DNA from: a virus
DNA: 64,000 bases
IMG/VR virus record: IMGVR_UViG_3300044997_000693
Coordinates: 7,242 to 71,241 of that record
Direction: 5' to 3' (one strand)
The notes beneath the pieces were generated by a model. It was given only the letters and a program-made list of their open reading frames with translations. It had not been told where the DNA came from and did not search any database. The position numbers and the translations under genes were made by a program. Each line of letters opens with the position of its first letter. Position 1 is the first letter of the stretch. This document shows positions 38,710 to 47,097 of this stretch, one piece after another.

Positions 38710-38788
38710 TCCGCAGAATTCGAGCATGGTGCACGGACTTGACTGTTAATCAATGATTAGCTGGGATCGTTACCCAGATGCGGAGCCA
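38710..38788 (+). tRNA. divergent tRNA-Asn(GTT)
   Basis: TCCGCA/TGCGGA-G-CCA; TTGA-CTGTTAA-TCAA; T-arm CTGGG-ATCGTTA-CCCAG. Confidence 0.85.
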
Positions 38789-38814
38789 TTTCAACTGAAT
38801 TAGATTAAATTTAA

Positions 38815-38891
38815 TCTTCGATAGCTCAGTTGGTAGCAGCAGCGGACTCATAATCCGTCGGTCCGTGGTTCGAGCCCACGTTGGGGAGCCA
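38815..38891 (+). tRNA. tRNA with CAT anticodon on an Asn-like acceptor (U1-A72, G73)
   Basis: TCTTCGA/TTGGGGA-G-CCA; GCGGA-CTCATAA-TCCGT; GGTTCGAGCCC. Confidence 0.85.
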
Positions 38892-38930
38892 ACTACATGA
38901 AAAATTCAAATGCCCGAAAAGTCTGCTCTG

Positions 38931-38990
38931 TCACTGGCCAATATGCTCATAACACTGCGCCGTAGCCGGCTTCGCTGCCGGCTCTTGTCC
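38931..38990 (+). repeat. non-coding motif, copy 1
   Basis: 28/34 identical to 40411-40444; followed by AGCCGGC/GCCGGCT hairpin. Confidence 0.75.
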
Positions 38991-39014
38991 TTTAAATGAC
39001 TTAGAAGAAAATCA

Positions 39015-39176
39015 ATGACAAAAGTAAAATTTTATGAGCAGGTCATGCGTAGTCTTGGCAAAGTTGTAACCTGGAGAATTTTAGTTACTATTACTAATTT
39101 TTTTGGTGGATGGATTGCGTCGGGCAATCCCAGGGTAGGACTAGGTGTAGTTAGTTTTGCGCTGGTAACCATATAA
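39015..39176 (+). CDS. DUF2061-like membrane peptide, apparently 3'-truncated (53 aa)
   Basis: E...RSLGKVVTWRI start; lacks the usual Y..HER.W end. Confidence 0.55.
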   Translation: MTKVKFYEQVMRSLGKVVTWRILVTITNFFGGWIASGNPRVGLGVVSFALVTI

Positions 39177-39184
39177 GGAACGAT

Positions 39185-39352
39185 ATGTCAAAACTATCAG
39201 ACACACTCAAAGCTGCACTAAATAAAAAAAGTGGTATCCATCATCCAGATGGTAGTGATGCTGGAACTGCTGTAGAAAAGAAAACTAAGAAATCAGGCAC
39301 TCCGGTGATTGGTAAAAAACCACCAACTCGTAGTGCCGGACGTGGCAGATAA
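39185..39352 (+). CDS. small basic protein (55 aa, not in ORF track)
   Basis: AAGGA SD; ends TRSAGRGR. Confidence 0.7.
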   Translation: MSKLSDTLKAALNKKSGIHHPDGSDAGTAVEKKTKKSGTPVIGKKPPTRSAGRGR

Positions 39353-39360
39353 ACTATACT

Positions 39361-40347
39361 ATGTTACAAACTTTATCCCCGACTACTGAATTAAACTTAA
39401 CGTTTGATCGATCTAACTTACAAATTCTTAAACCCTATTTTGATATTAACTTTGCTACTGCGCCTTTAAATGAAAAAATAATTTTTTTTAACAATTTAAA
39501 AACGGTTTGTCAAACTAGTCTAGGTTTGGCGCATTGTATGCAACATCATCTGGCTGCTAGAACTGCTGTGCAGTTAAGTGCTGCAACACACACGTTGGTT
39601 AATACGACCAACTTTTCTGATGTAATTGGGTGTTACAGTATAGTAAAGCGTAGTGATAAATTAATATTAGACCAACACTTGCTCAATGGCACTAAGAGAT
39701 GGTTTAGTAATATTCATATAGCCGACTTTGGTGTTTTACAAATTTCCGATGGCGAGAAAATTAAATTAGTTTATCTTGATCTTAAACAAGTTTTGCATGA
39801 AATCAAACACGACTCATTTACTCCAATAGGCATGGAGATAGCACGAGCCGGCGATCTTGTGGTGGATCGCCATCAGGTTCCTGACATTGACATACTAGGT
39901 TATGCTGGCACCCAGCAGTTTTTCCAACAAAGCAATTTTACCAGTTATTGTTTTTTAACTAATCATTATGCTTTAACCAAATCACTCTTTTTAGACATCA
40001 AGCAATACGCAGAAAAAAATCAATGTGGCGCAGAATTTGATTTAAAAAAATTAGAAATAGATGTTTGCAGTTTAGAAATGCAGTGGCAAGACAATCTTAA
40101 ATCTTTAGCGCAAACTGAACTTACTAACGAATTTTGGAATCGCCGAAACACGCAATATGCATTCAGTAAAAAAACTTTAATATCTGTAATACAATTTGTT
40201 TTGGAGATTGGAGTCACGTATTTTGTAGATGCCAATAGTCCGTATAGCCAACGATTTAGAGATGCTATTACTTACTGTAGTCATATGCATCCACTGTATC
40301 GGTTTGGGCAGCATTTTCACTTGCTTGATCTTACCGCCGATAAATAA
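39361..40347 (+). CDS. acyl-CoA dehydrogenase-like fold protein (divergent)
   Basis: LNGTKRWFSN, PIGM, QRFRDA. Confidence 0.6.
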   Translation: MLQTLSPTTELNLTFDRSNLQILKPYFDINFATAPLNEKIIFFNNLKTVCQTSLGLAHCMQHHLAARTAVQLSAATHTLVNTTNFSDVIGCYSIVKRSDKLILDQHLLNGTKRWFSNIHIADFGVLQISDGEKIKLVYLDLKQVLHEIKHDSFTPIGMEIARAGDLVVDRHQVPDIDILGYAGTQQFFQQSNFTSYCFLTNHYALTKSLFLDIKQYAEKNQCGAEFDLKKLEIDVCSLEMQWQDNLKSLAQTELTNEFWNRRNTQYAFSKKTLISVIQFVLEIGVTYFVDANSPYSQRFRDAITYCSHMHPLYRFGQHFHLLDLTADK

Positions 40348-40354
40348 TTTCTGC

Positions 40355-40470
40355 AACGCCGGGTAGTTCCGACGGTCGGTATCAAAGCGACGCCTAGGGT
40401 TTATGCCCTTTTACTGACTAATATGCTCATAACGCCGCACCGTATGTAAATCATCTACTAGCTCCTGTCT
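40355..40470 (+). ncRNA. candidate structured leader RNA containing motif copy 2
   Basis: follows GATAAATA; hairpins CCGA/TCGG and AGGGT/GCCCT; 40411-40444 matches 38931-38964. Confidence 0.45.
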
Positions 40471-40493
40471 ACCAATTAACCCAGGAAACAACT

Positions 40494-41387
40494 ATGAAAT
40501 ATCTCTTGTCATTTTTTTTACTAGTAGCATCTGCTGTCAGTTCAGCTGTCGAAACAATAAAAATTTATTCACCATACAGTCCTACACACAGTGGTACTCC
40601 GGCCATGCTGAGAATTATCGAACAGGCCAATGTTTCACAAAACATTTATCGATTTGTGTTGGAATTCCGTCCCGGTGGTAATCAGCTGATTGCGATCAAG
40701 AGCATGGACCCTGAAAACAGCTTGGCCGTTATTGCTCCATCGTTTGTTGAACATGCAGTATCCGGAGCATTGAATCGCAACGACTACATACCTGTTCATT
40801 CACTGGGCAACGCCTGTTGGGCAGTGATTGCCAACAAACCATTAACTGATGCCAAAGAGTTTGTGGTGGGAGGTGTAGCATTTGGCAATGCCACCCATCT
40901 TACTGCTCTTGCTCTGGGAGAAAAATACGGGTTTAATAGTAGATATATTGTTTTCAAATCCAATAACGATGCCTTGATCAACCTGGCCGGCGGCAATGGA
41001 ATAGAATTAGTCGTGGACCGATTCGAAGCCTATCAGGCCTTGGTCACAAAAAATAAAAACATACAAGTGGTTGCTGTCAGCTGCCCAGAACGACTACCAC
41101 AAATTCCAAAAGTAAAAACGTTACAAGAACTCGGCATTGCTGCCCCTTATATTTTTAATATAACTGTGTCCCATGCCAGCATGAATGCGGCCAGAAGGCA
41201 AGCCATATCAATGATTTTAAATGATGCCACAGTAAAAGTAGGCAAAAATGAAATTTTCAGATTATCTGCAATGAGGCCTCCGGTGTTTGACAAAAAAAGT
41301 GATCTGAATTTTTTTACAGATTCTATCGAACTGGTTTCTAAATTACAATCGCAATTCAAAACTCAAATCAACTCTGATAAACAGTGA
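40494..41387 (+). CDS. Bug/TctC-like substrate-binding protein
   Basis: signal peptide, EFRPGG, P.VKTLQELG. Confidence 0.65.
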   Translation: MKYLLSFFLLVASAVSSAVETIKIYSPYSPTHSGTPAMLRIIEQANVSQNIYRFVLEFRPGGNQLIAIKSMDPENSLAVIAPSFVEHAVSGALNRNDYIPVHSLGNACWAVIANKPLTDAKEFVVGGVAFGNATHLTALALGEKYGFNSRYIVFKSNNDALINLAGGNGIELVVDRFEAYQALVTKNKNIQVVAVSCPERLPQIPKVKTLQELGIAAPYIFNITVSHASMNAARRQAISMILNDATVKVGKNEIFRLSAMRPPVFDKKSDLNFFTDSIELVSKLQSQFKTQINSDKQ

Positions 41388-42532
41388 CTTATCTATACCA
41401 CAACAAAGGGGTTTACACCTGCAACGGTAAACCTTTTTTTAATAAACTGGAAGCCATACTAGAAGCCAACCGGTCGGGTCAACACATAGATTGGGACTAT
41501 CACAATGCCGTCTTTGGACAAACTCGCTGGGATCTTGACCCACCGGTTGAGCTAGAAGAATTGTATCGCCAACGAGCACTGCAACTTCGCGAAGCTTATG
41601 ATCATCTTGTTTTGTTCTATTCTGGCGGTGTGGATTCGTGGTACATACTTCGAACCTTTATTAAAAACAATATCAAACTGGACGAAATCTATATGTTTGG
41701 TGCGTTCGAAGCTGAAGAAAAAATGTATGGCACGTGGGGATACGATACCAGTCCCGGTTACTATACCAGAGAAATTCAGCAGGCTTTACCACAACTACGA
41801 CAACTAGTGGCCAAACACAATATCAAGATCAATGTTTATGACTGGACTAAAAATATATTAGAGGCAGCCAACCACCCAGACTGGTTTTGGCATGCTGGAG
41901 TGCGCTTTGATCCCACCTGCATGGTTCGTAGCAAGTTCCACAAAATATTCCGCGAACATAATGAACTGTTGCACCGAGGCAAACGAGTTGGATTTGTTTA
42001 TGGAGTAGATAAACCTCGCTTATTAAGAGACGACACAAATATTTATTTTGCGTTCTTGGATGTTATCATGACCACAGGCACGATGCCCACCAACGATATT
42101 CTTGGAGAATATTGGGAAAATGATGAATACTTTTACTGGAGCCCAAATCTTCCTGAGCTAGCAGTCAAACAAAGTCATGTGGTTGTAAATTGGTTACAAG
42201 CCAACAATAAAACTCATCTTATCAAACACATGAACAATATTGCCGACTTTCATGATGAAAACTATTACCGAGAAGTTAATTTCAGCATTTATCCCGAATG
42301 GAATCACAATACCTGGCAAATCAAAAAGCCCACCAAGGCTGTATGGAACGAAATGAGCCGTTGGTTTATCGAAGGCGAATTTGAGGCCAAAATCAAATGG
42401 ATGAATAGCCTGCACGAATTGGAAAGAATATGTGGCAAACAATGGTTCAACGGAAATACTGTGTACGATGGGCTCAGAGGTCACCTGAGCCCTTTGTATA
42501 AAATAGCGACTTACGCCCAGGTTGACCCATGA
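41384..42532 (+). CDS. PP-loop (adenine nucleotide alpha hydrolase) protein
   Basis: LVLFYSGGVDS, G.DKP, EYFYW. Confidence 0.7.
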   Translation: MTYLYHNKGVYTCNGKPFFNKLEAILEANRSGQHIDWDYHNAVFGQTRWDLDPPVELEELYRQRALQLREAYDHLVLFYSGGVDSWYILRTFIKNNIKLDEIYMFGAFEAEEKMYGTWGYDTSPGYYTREIQQALPQLRQLVAKHNIKINVYDWTKNILEAANHPDWFWHAGVRFDPTCMVRSKFHKIFREHNELLHRGKRVGFVYGVDKPRLLRDDTNIYFAFLDVIMTTGTMPTNDILGEYWENDEYFYWSPNLPELAVKQSHVVVNWLQANNKTHLIKHMNNIADFHDENYYREVNFSIYPEWNHNTWQIKKPTKAVWNEMSRWFIEGEFEAKIKWMNSLHELERICGKQWFNGNTVYDGLRGHLSPLYKIATYAQVDP

Positions 42533-42557
42533 TGCCGCATTCGGCTATAATACCGGT
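42522..42557 (+). promoter_or_regulatory. early-type promoter, leaderless geometry
   Basis: TTGACC-18-TATAAT, ATG 6 nt later. Confidence 0.65.
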
Positions 42558-42791
42558 ATGAAACTACAAATCAACGAACTGTTGCAATGGACCGGTGCTG
42601 TGTTTATCATAGCCGGATACAGTCTAAATTCTGTAGGGCCCGGTGCCTATCCTTACAATATCATTGCCTTCTTTGTGGGCACTGTTCTGTTTATGACCTG
42701 GAGTATCCGTGTTGCAAATCGCCCACAGTTCGTAGTTAATGCAGTGGCACTGGCGATCGGGCTGGCAGGGCTGATCAAAGCATTTGGTTGA
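42558..42791 (+). CDS. small membrane protein
   Basis: three hydrophobic segments, YPYN. Confidence 0.7.
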   Translation: MKLQINELLQWTGAVFIIAGYSLNSVGPGAYPYNIIAFFVGTVLFMTWSIRVANRPQFVVNAVALAIGLAGLIKAFG

Positions 42792-42816
42792 CCAAAAAAT
42801 CCCGTTTTGCTATACT
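42788..42816 (+). promoter_or_regulatory. early-type promoter
   Basis: GGTTGACC-17-TATACT. Confidence 0.7.
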
Positions 42817-42845
42817 ACTTGTATGGAAACTAAAAAGGAGCGGGG

Positions 42846-43055
42846 ATGGCCCATATTGTTTTCGAACACAATCAAAAATATGGCCCACGTAAGGGACTCG
42901 AAGGACCGTTTCATTACCCCAGTGGTACTGTCCTGTATTACGATCCCCAAGCAGGAGAGTATTACGACCCGCGCACTGATTTCTATGTGGATCGTGCAGA
43001 TGTGGCTGTTTTGCAACAGCAGATCATTGATAGATTGACGCAGAAGTCTGCATAA
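42846..43055 (+). CDS. hypothetical early protein
   Basis: AAGGAG SD; GLEGPF..VLYYDP..G.YYD. Confidence 0.8.
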   Translation: MAHIVFEHNQKYGPRKGLEGPFHYPSGTVLYYDPQAGEYYDPRTDFYVDRADVAVLQQQIIDRLTQKSA

Positions 43056-43094
43056 CATACAATATACTTTTAACTGCAACCCAAGGACACAGCC

Positions 43095-44183
43095 ATGTCA
43101 GAAACAAGAACAGTCACTTCAGTGCAGGCTCGCAAGAGCCTGCTGATAGCATTTAAACGCCAACGCCCATTGTTTCTTTGGGGGCCGCCGGGCATTGGCA
43201 AAAGCGAGTTGATTGCAGACATTACCAAGGAACTGGGGGGTCACATGATCGACCTGCGCCTGGGACAAATGGAGCCCACCGACATTCGTGGTATTCCGTT
43301 TTATAATCGAGACCTGGGCAAGATGGACTGGGCTCCGCCGGTTGATTTGCCCGACGAGGAACTGGCCGGCCGGTATCCTATCGTTGTGTTGTTCATGGAC
43401 GAGCTGAATTCGGCAGCTCCTAGTGTGCAGGCCGCAGCTTATCAGCTGATTCTCAATCGTCGAGTAGGCAAGTATGTGTTGCCAGACAATGTTGTGCTGG
43501 TTGCCGCGGGCAATAGAGAAAGCGACAAAGGTGTCACTTATCGTATGCCCACACCATTGGCCAACCGTTTCATTCACCAAGAGATGAGAGTTGATTTTTC
43601 CAGCTACCAACAGTGGGCTGTTAAAAACAACATTCACAAAGATGTGGTAGGTTACTTGAGCTTTGCCAAGCAGGACCTGTACGATTTTGATGCCAAGAGT
43701 TCTAGTCGTGCCTTTGCCACACCGCGCACTTGGACCTTTGTGAGTGAATTGTTGCAGGATGACAGCAGTGACGAAGACACACTCACCAATTTGATCGCTG
43801 GTACTATCGGCGAAGGACTTGCTGTCAAGTTCATGGCACACCGCAGGATTTCGGGTCGCATGCCTCGGCCCGAAGACATCTTGAGTGGCAAAGAGAAGGA
43901 ACTTGATGTCAAAGAAGTATCGGCCATGTACAGTTTGGTGATCTCCATGTGCTACGAGCTCAAAAGTGCAATCGAGCGCAAGGTAACAGACAAACAGTTT
44001 CACGAAATGAGTGACAACTTCTTTGCCTACATGATGAAGAACTTTGAGACCGAGCTGGTTGTGATGGGTGCTAGAATTGCACTGACCACATACAACTTGC
44101 CGTTCCAGCCGACCAAGCTGAAGAACTTTGACGAGTTCCATCAGCGTTATGGCAAGTATATCTTGCAGGCCAGCGACAAGTAA
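43095..44183 (+). CDS. MoxR-like AAA+ ATPase
   Basis: GPPGIGKS, LFMDE, AAGN, LANRF, TPRTW. Confidence 0.92.
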   Translation: MSETRTVTSVQARKSLLIAFKRQRPLFLWGPPGIGKSELIADITKELGGHMIDLRLGQMEPTDIRGIPFYNRDLGKMDWAPPVDLPDEELAGRYPIVVLFMDELNSAAPSVQAAAYQLILNRRVGKYVLPDNVVLVAAGNRESDKGVTYRMPTPLANRFIHQEMRVDFSSYQQWAVKNNIHKDVVGYLSFAKQDLYDFDAKSSSRAFATPRTWTFVSELLQDDSSDEDTLTNLIAGTIGEGLAVKFMAHRRISGRMPRPEDILSGKEKELDVKEVSAMYSLVISMCYELKSAIERKVTDKQFHEMSDNFFAYMMKNFETELVVMGARIALTTYNLPFQPTKLKNFDEFHQRYGKYILQASDK

Positions 44184-44192
44184 AATGAGTTA

Positions 44193-44249
44193 GGAGGGCG
44201 GTGTTGTAGTATAACACCGGCTGTGTTTGCACCGCCCTTCGACTTTTTG
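44193..44249 (+). terminator. terminator-like hairpin with a competing internal hairpin
   Basis: GGAGGGCGGTG/CACCGCCCTTC + GACTTTTT; alternative CGGTGTTGT/ATAACACCG. Confidence 0.55.
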
Positions 44250-44452
44250 TAATATGTGAAACTGGCACCAATTTACTTTTCAAGGCACTGCTCGACGAGT
44301 CATCGAACTGTTCAACAGTGCCAACGTGAATTGGGCGCACAGAGATACCGTTGGGATTTTGACAGTGGCGATTGGCAACTAGCTGTCTGTATCAAAGCCA
44401 ACCAACCTGCTGCCTTTTACATGTTGAAGTTTGGCAATAAGGATAACACAAT

Positions 44453-44707
44453 TTGAAATACCGACTTGAGGACACAGTGCCAAATAAATATTTTAAATAC
44501 ATCGTTGCTATAGAATCAATGATAGATTTTCATTTGTCTAGGCAGTGGATGAGCAAAACATATGGCCACAGTGAAGATTTAAAAAAAAACCAACACAATT
44601 CTAATTCGCATTGGGCATTTACAATCAGCTGGCGCAAGCATCACATTTATCTTCAAGGCGATGAGGAATTAGCTTGGTTTAAAATACGCCACGGTGATCC
44701 ACTATAA
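44453..44707 (+). CDS. hypothetical protein
   Basis: 84 aa, TTG start, IYL..DEEL.WF. Confidence 0.6.
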   Translation: MKYRLEDTVPNKYFKYIVAIESMIDFHLSRQWMSKTYGHSEDLKKNQHNSNSHWAFTISWRKHHIYLQGDEELAWFKIRHGDPL

Positions 44708-44874
44708 GTAAAACAATCAATGTTTAATGAAAAAATATTATGTATCGGCAATGAGAAAAATTCAAAGACATGGGTCGGCCATACAGATATCATTATGATG
44801 ATCAAGTTCATTTAGATTTTTATAACAAGGCTCGACAAAGCTGGTTTATGTTAAAATACTTGAATCTTCGGCAG

Positions 44875-44903
44875 TTGACCAAAAACTCATCAGGTTCTAT
44901 ATT
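44875..44903 (+). promoter_or_regulatory. early-type promoter
   Basis: GTTGACC-17-TATATT. Confidence 0.6.
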
Positions 44904-44927
44904 ATAGTCTCAACGTCGGAGAATACA

Positions 44928-45362
44928 ATGCAGTATCAAATTGTATGTCACAGCAAGAGTCGACTGACACTGATCGAATCCATAGTACCGGTGTTGATCG
45001 CTGAACTTCGACTCACTAGATCTCGTTTCAACTTGATTATTCGAATCGAACGTGGATTAATTAAACGCGATGGTGTACGCGGCAGGGTCGGCCCGGCGGA
45101 GATTGACTCAAAATTCATTGTGATGGAGTTGGATTCAAAATTAGATGATGAAAAATTGATCGAAGTGCTGTGTCACGAAATGGTGCATGTCAAACAGTTT
45201 GCACTGGGGCAAGCACAGGTCCGATACCGTGGCAAAAAACCCACATTCCACTGGATGGGGCGACCGGTCAAGGTCTGCTACTGGGATCAGCCCTGGGAAC
45301 AAGAAGCCTGGCGCAGAGAACGAGTGCTGGCCAGCAGAATTTACAAGATCATCACTGGTTGA
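44928..45362 (+). CDS. HExxH metallopeptidase-like protein
   Basis: LCHEMVHVKQ, PWEQEA. Confidence 0.8.
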   Translation: MQYQIVCHSKSRLTLIESIVPVLIAELRLTRSRFNLIIRIERGLIKRDGVRGRVGPAEIDSKFIVMELDSKLDDEKLIEVLCHEMVHVKQFALGQAQVRYRGKKPTFHWMGRPVKVCYWDQPWEQEAWRRERVLASRIYKIITG

Positions 45363-45387
45363 CCACAAAAGAGTATTATTATATAAT
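45359..45387 (+). promoter_or_regulatory. early-type promoter
   Basis: GGTTGACC-17-TATAAT. Confidence 0.7.
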
Positions 45388-45414
45388 ACTAAGTACAATT
45401 AATAAAAGGATTGT

Positions 45415-46701
45415 ATGAACGCAGCCACCAGCACCAACAATACAAAAGAATCCAACAAGTTCAAAAACTTGTTGGGTGCAACGGACCCTAAATTAGATCG
45501 CGAAGTTCGCGAACGATTGATCACAGCTCGTGTGGGCTTGTTGTTGCGAGCCAGTTTCTTTGGCAATTTGGCCACTCGACTAAAATTGGTCAATGCGGAC
45601 GAATGGTGTGCCACTGCCGCAACCGACGGACGTAATTTTTACTACAACAGCAGATTTGTTGACATGCTCAAGCCCAAGGAGATTGAATTCTTGTTTGGAC
45701 ATGAAGTATTGCATTGTGTGTACGATCACTTTGGTCGTCGAGGCGATCGCGACCCCCAGCTGTTCAACATTGCCAACGACTACTGTGTCAACGCCGACTT
45801 GAAAAAACATCGTGTGGGCGAGTTTATTACCACAGTGCCCTGCCTGTATGATGCCAAATACGAAGGCATGAGTTCAGAAGAGATCTACGACATCCTGTAC
45901 GAAAATGCCGAAAAGATCAATATCGACCAGCTGGTCGACAAATTACTCGACGAGCACATGGACGAGGAAGATGGCGCGGGCGGCGGCGCGGGCAACGAAG
46001 ACAAAGAAGGTTCCAGTCGCCCAAAGCTCACTGCAGAGGAGAAACAAAAGATTCGTGATGAGATCAAAGAAGCTGTGCTGTCAGCTGCTGCTGCCTGCGA
46101 TGGTGCTGGCAACTTGCCGGCCGGTGTTAAACGCATAATTCAAAACATGACTGCGCCCAAAATGAACTGGCGCGAACTGCTGCGCATGCAATTGGAGAGC
46201 ACTATCAAGAGTGACTATACCTGGATGCGTGCCAGCCGGCGTGGCTGGCACATGGATGCTGTGATGCCAGGCAGGAAGATCGAGCCTATGATTGACATTG
46301 CCATCAGTATTGATGCATCAGGTTCAATGGAGGGGGCTATCTTGAAAGATGTGCTGGGCGAAGTGTCCGGAATCATGGAACAATTTCCCAATTATCGCAT
46401 ACATGTGGTGTCGTTTGATACCGAAGTGTACAATCCGCAACAGTTTGACAGTGAGAATCTAGATGATATTACCAAATACGAAGTTGTAGGTGGCGGCGGC
46501 ACTGACTTTGATTGTGTTTTTCGCTATTTCAAAGACAATGAAATTGAGCCCAAACGTCATATCATGTTCACCGACGGATTTCCATATGGATCCTGGGGTG
46601 ATTCCGAATACTGCGACACAGTTTTTATTATCCACGGTAGCACCAGCATTATACCTCCGTTTGGACAATTTGCATATTACGAAGAAGAGCGGAGCCGCTG
46701 A
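45415..46701 (+). CDS. metallopeptidase-VWA protein (DUF2201-like), probable AAA partner
   Basis: TAATDG, HEVLH, DASGSM (MIDAS), GGGGTDF, FTDG. Confidence 0.9.
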   Translation: MNAATSTNNTKESNKFKNLLGATDPKLDREVRERLITARVGLLLRASFFGNLATRLKLVNADEWCATAATDGRNFYYNSRFVDMLKPKEIEFLFGHEVLHCVYDHFGRRGDRDPQLFNIANDYCVNADLKKHRVGEFITTVPCLYDAKYEGMSSEEIYDILYENAEKINIDQLVDKLLDEHMDEEDGAGGGAGNEDKEGSSRPKLTAEEKQKIRDEIKEAVLSAAAACDGAGNLPAGVKRIIQNMTAPKMNWRELLRMQLESTIKSDYTWMRASRRGWHMDAVMPGRKIEPMIDIAISIDASGSMEGAILKDVLGEVSGIMEQFPNYRIHVVSFDTEVYNPQQFDSENLDDITKYEVVGGGGTDFDCVFRYFKDNEIEPKRHIMFTDGFPYGSWGDSEYCDTVFIIHGSTSIIPPFGQFAYYEEERSR

Positions 46702-46815
46702 TGGAACAGACAAGCAACTTTGCCGTGATTTCCCATAACATTTTTGTTGAATAATAATATTATTTGAGCCGAAACTCCGGGATACCCCAGGGATTACCCT
46801 GTATCAGTTTTGCCA

Positions 46816-46841
46816 AAACACCCCGGTCCGGGGTGTTTTTG
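46816..46841 (+). terminator. intrinsic terminator, possibly bidirectional
   Basis: AAAACACCCCG/CGGGGTGTTTT. Confidence 0.8.
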
Positions 46842-46886
46842 TTTGTGAAAATAAATCAACAGCAAATATTGGTGTTAAATATCTAT

Positions 46887-47096
46887 ATGGAAAACAACAC
46901 AATTACCATTGCCGATCTTGACACGATCAAGAATATTATCAATCTTGCTGCCACACGTGGTGCATTCCGCGGCGAAGAACTCAGCATGGTGGGCACTGTC
47001 TATGACAAGCTCACAAAATTTTTAGAAGTAGCAATTCAACAGGCAAAATCCCAAGAAGCTGCCGACACCAAACCCAGTAAACCCCAAGGAGAGTAA
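46887..47096 (+). CDS. hypothetical phage protein
   Basis: IINLAATRGAFRGEEL..VG.VYDKL. Confidence 0.75.
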   Translation: MENNTITIADLDTIKNIINLAATRGAFRGEELSMVGTVYDKLTKFLEVAIQQAKSQEAADTKPSKPQGE

Positions 47097-47097
47097 A

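Noticed and set aside
38034-38848. Group I intron in the tRNA anticodon loop
   Set aside because: The position fits, but the interval is filled by the ORF and whole tRNAs, with no recognisable catalytic core or matching 3' splice site.
43119-44141. 340-aa antisense ORF
   Set aside because: Shadow of the AAA gene, with no motifs or expression signals.
46770-46815. Nested hairpin upstream of the 46816 terminator
   Set aside because: Single occurrence with short stems; cannot be distinguished from chance.
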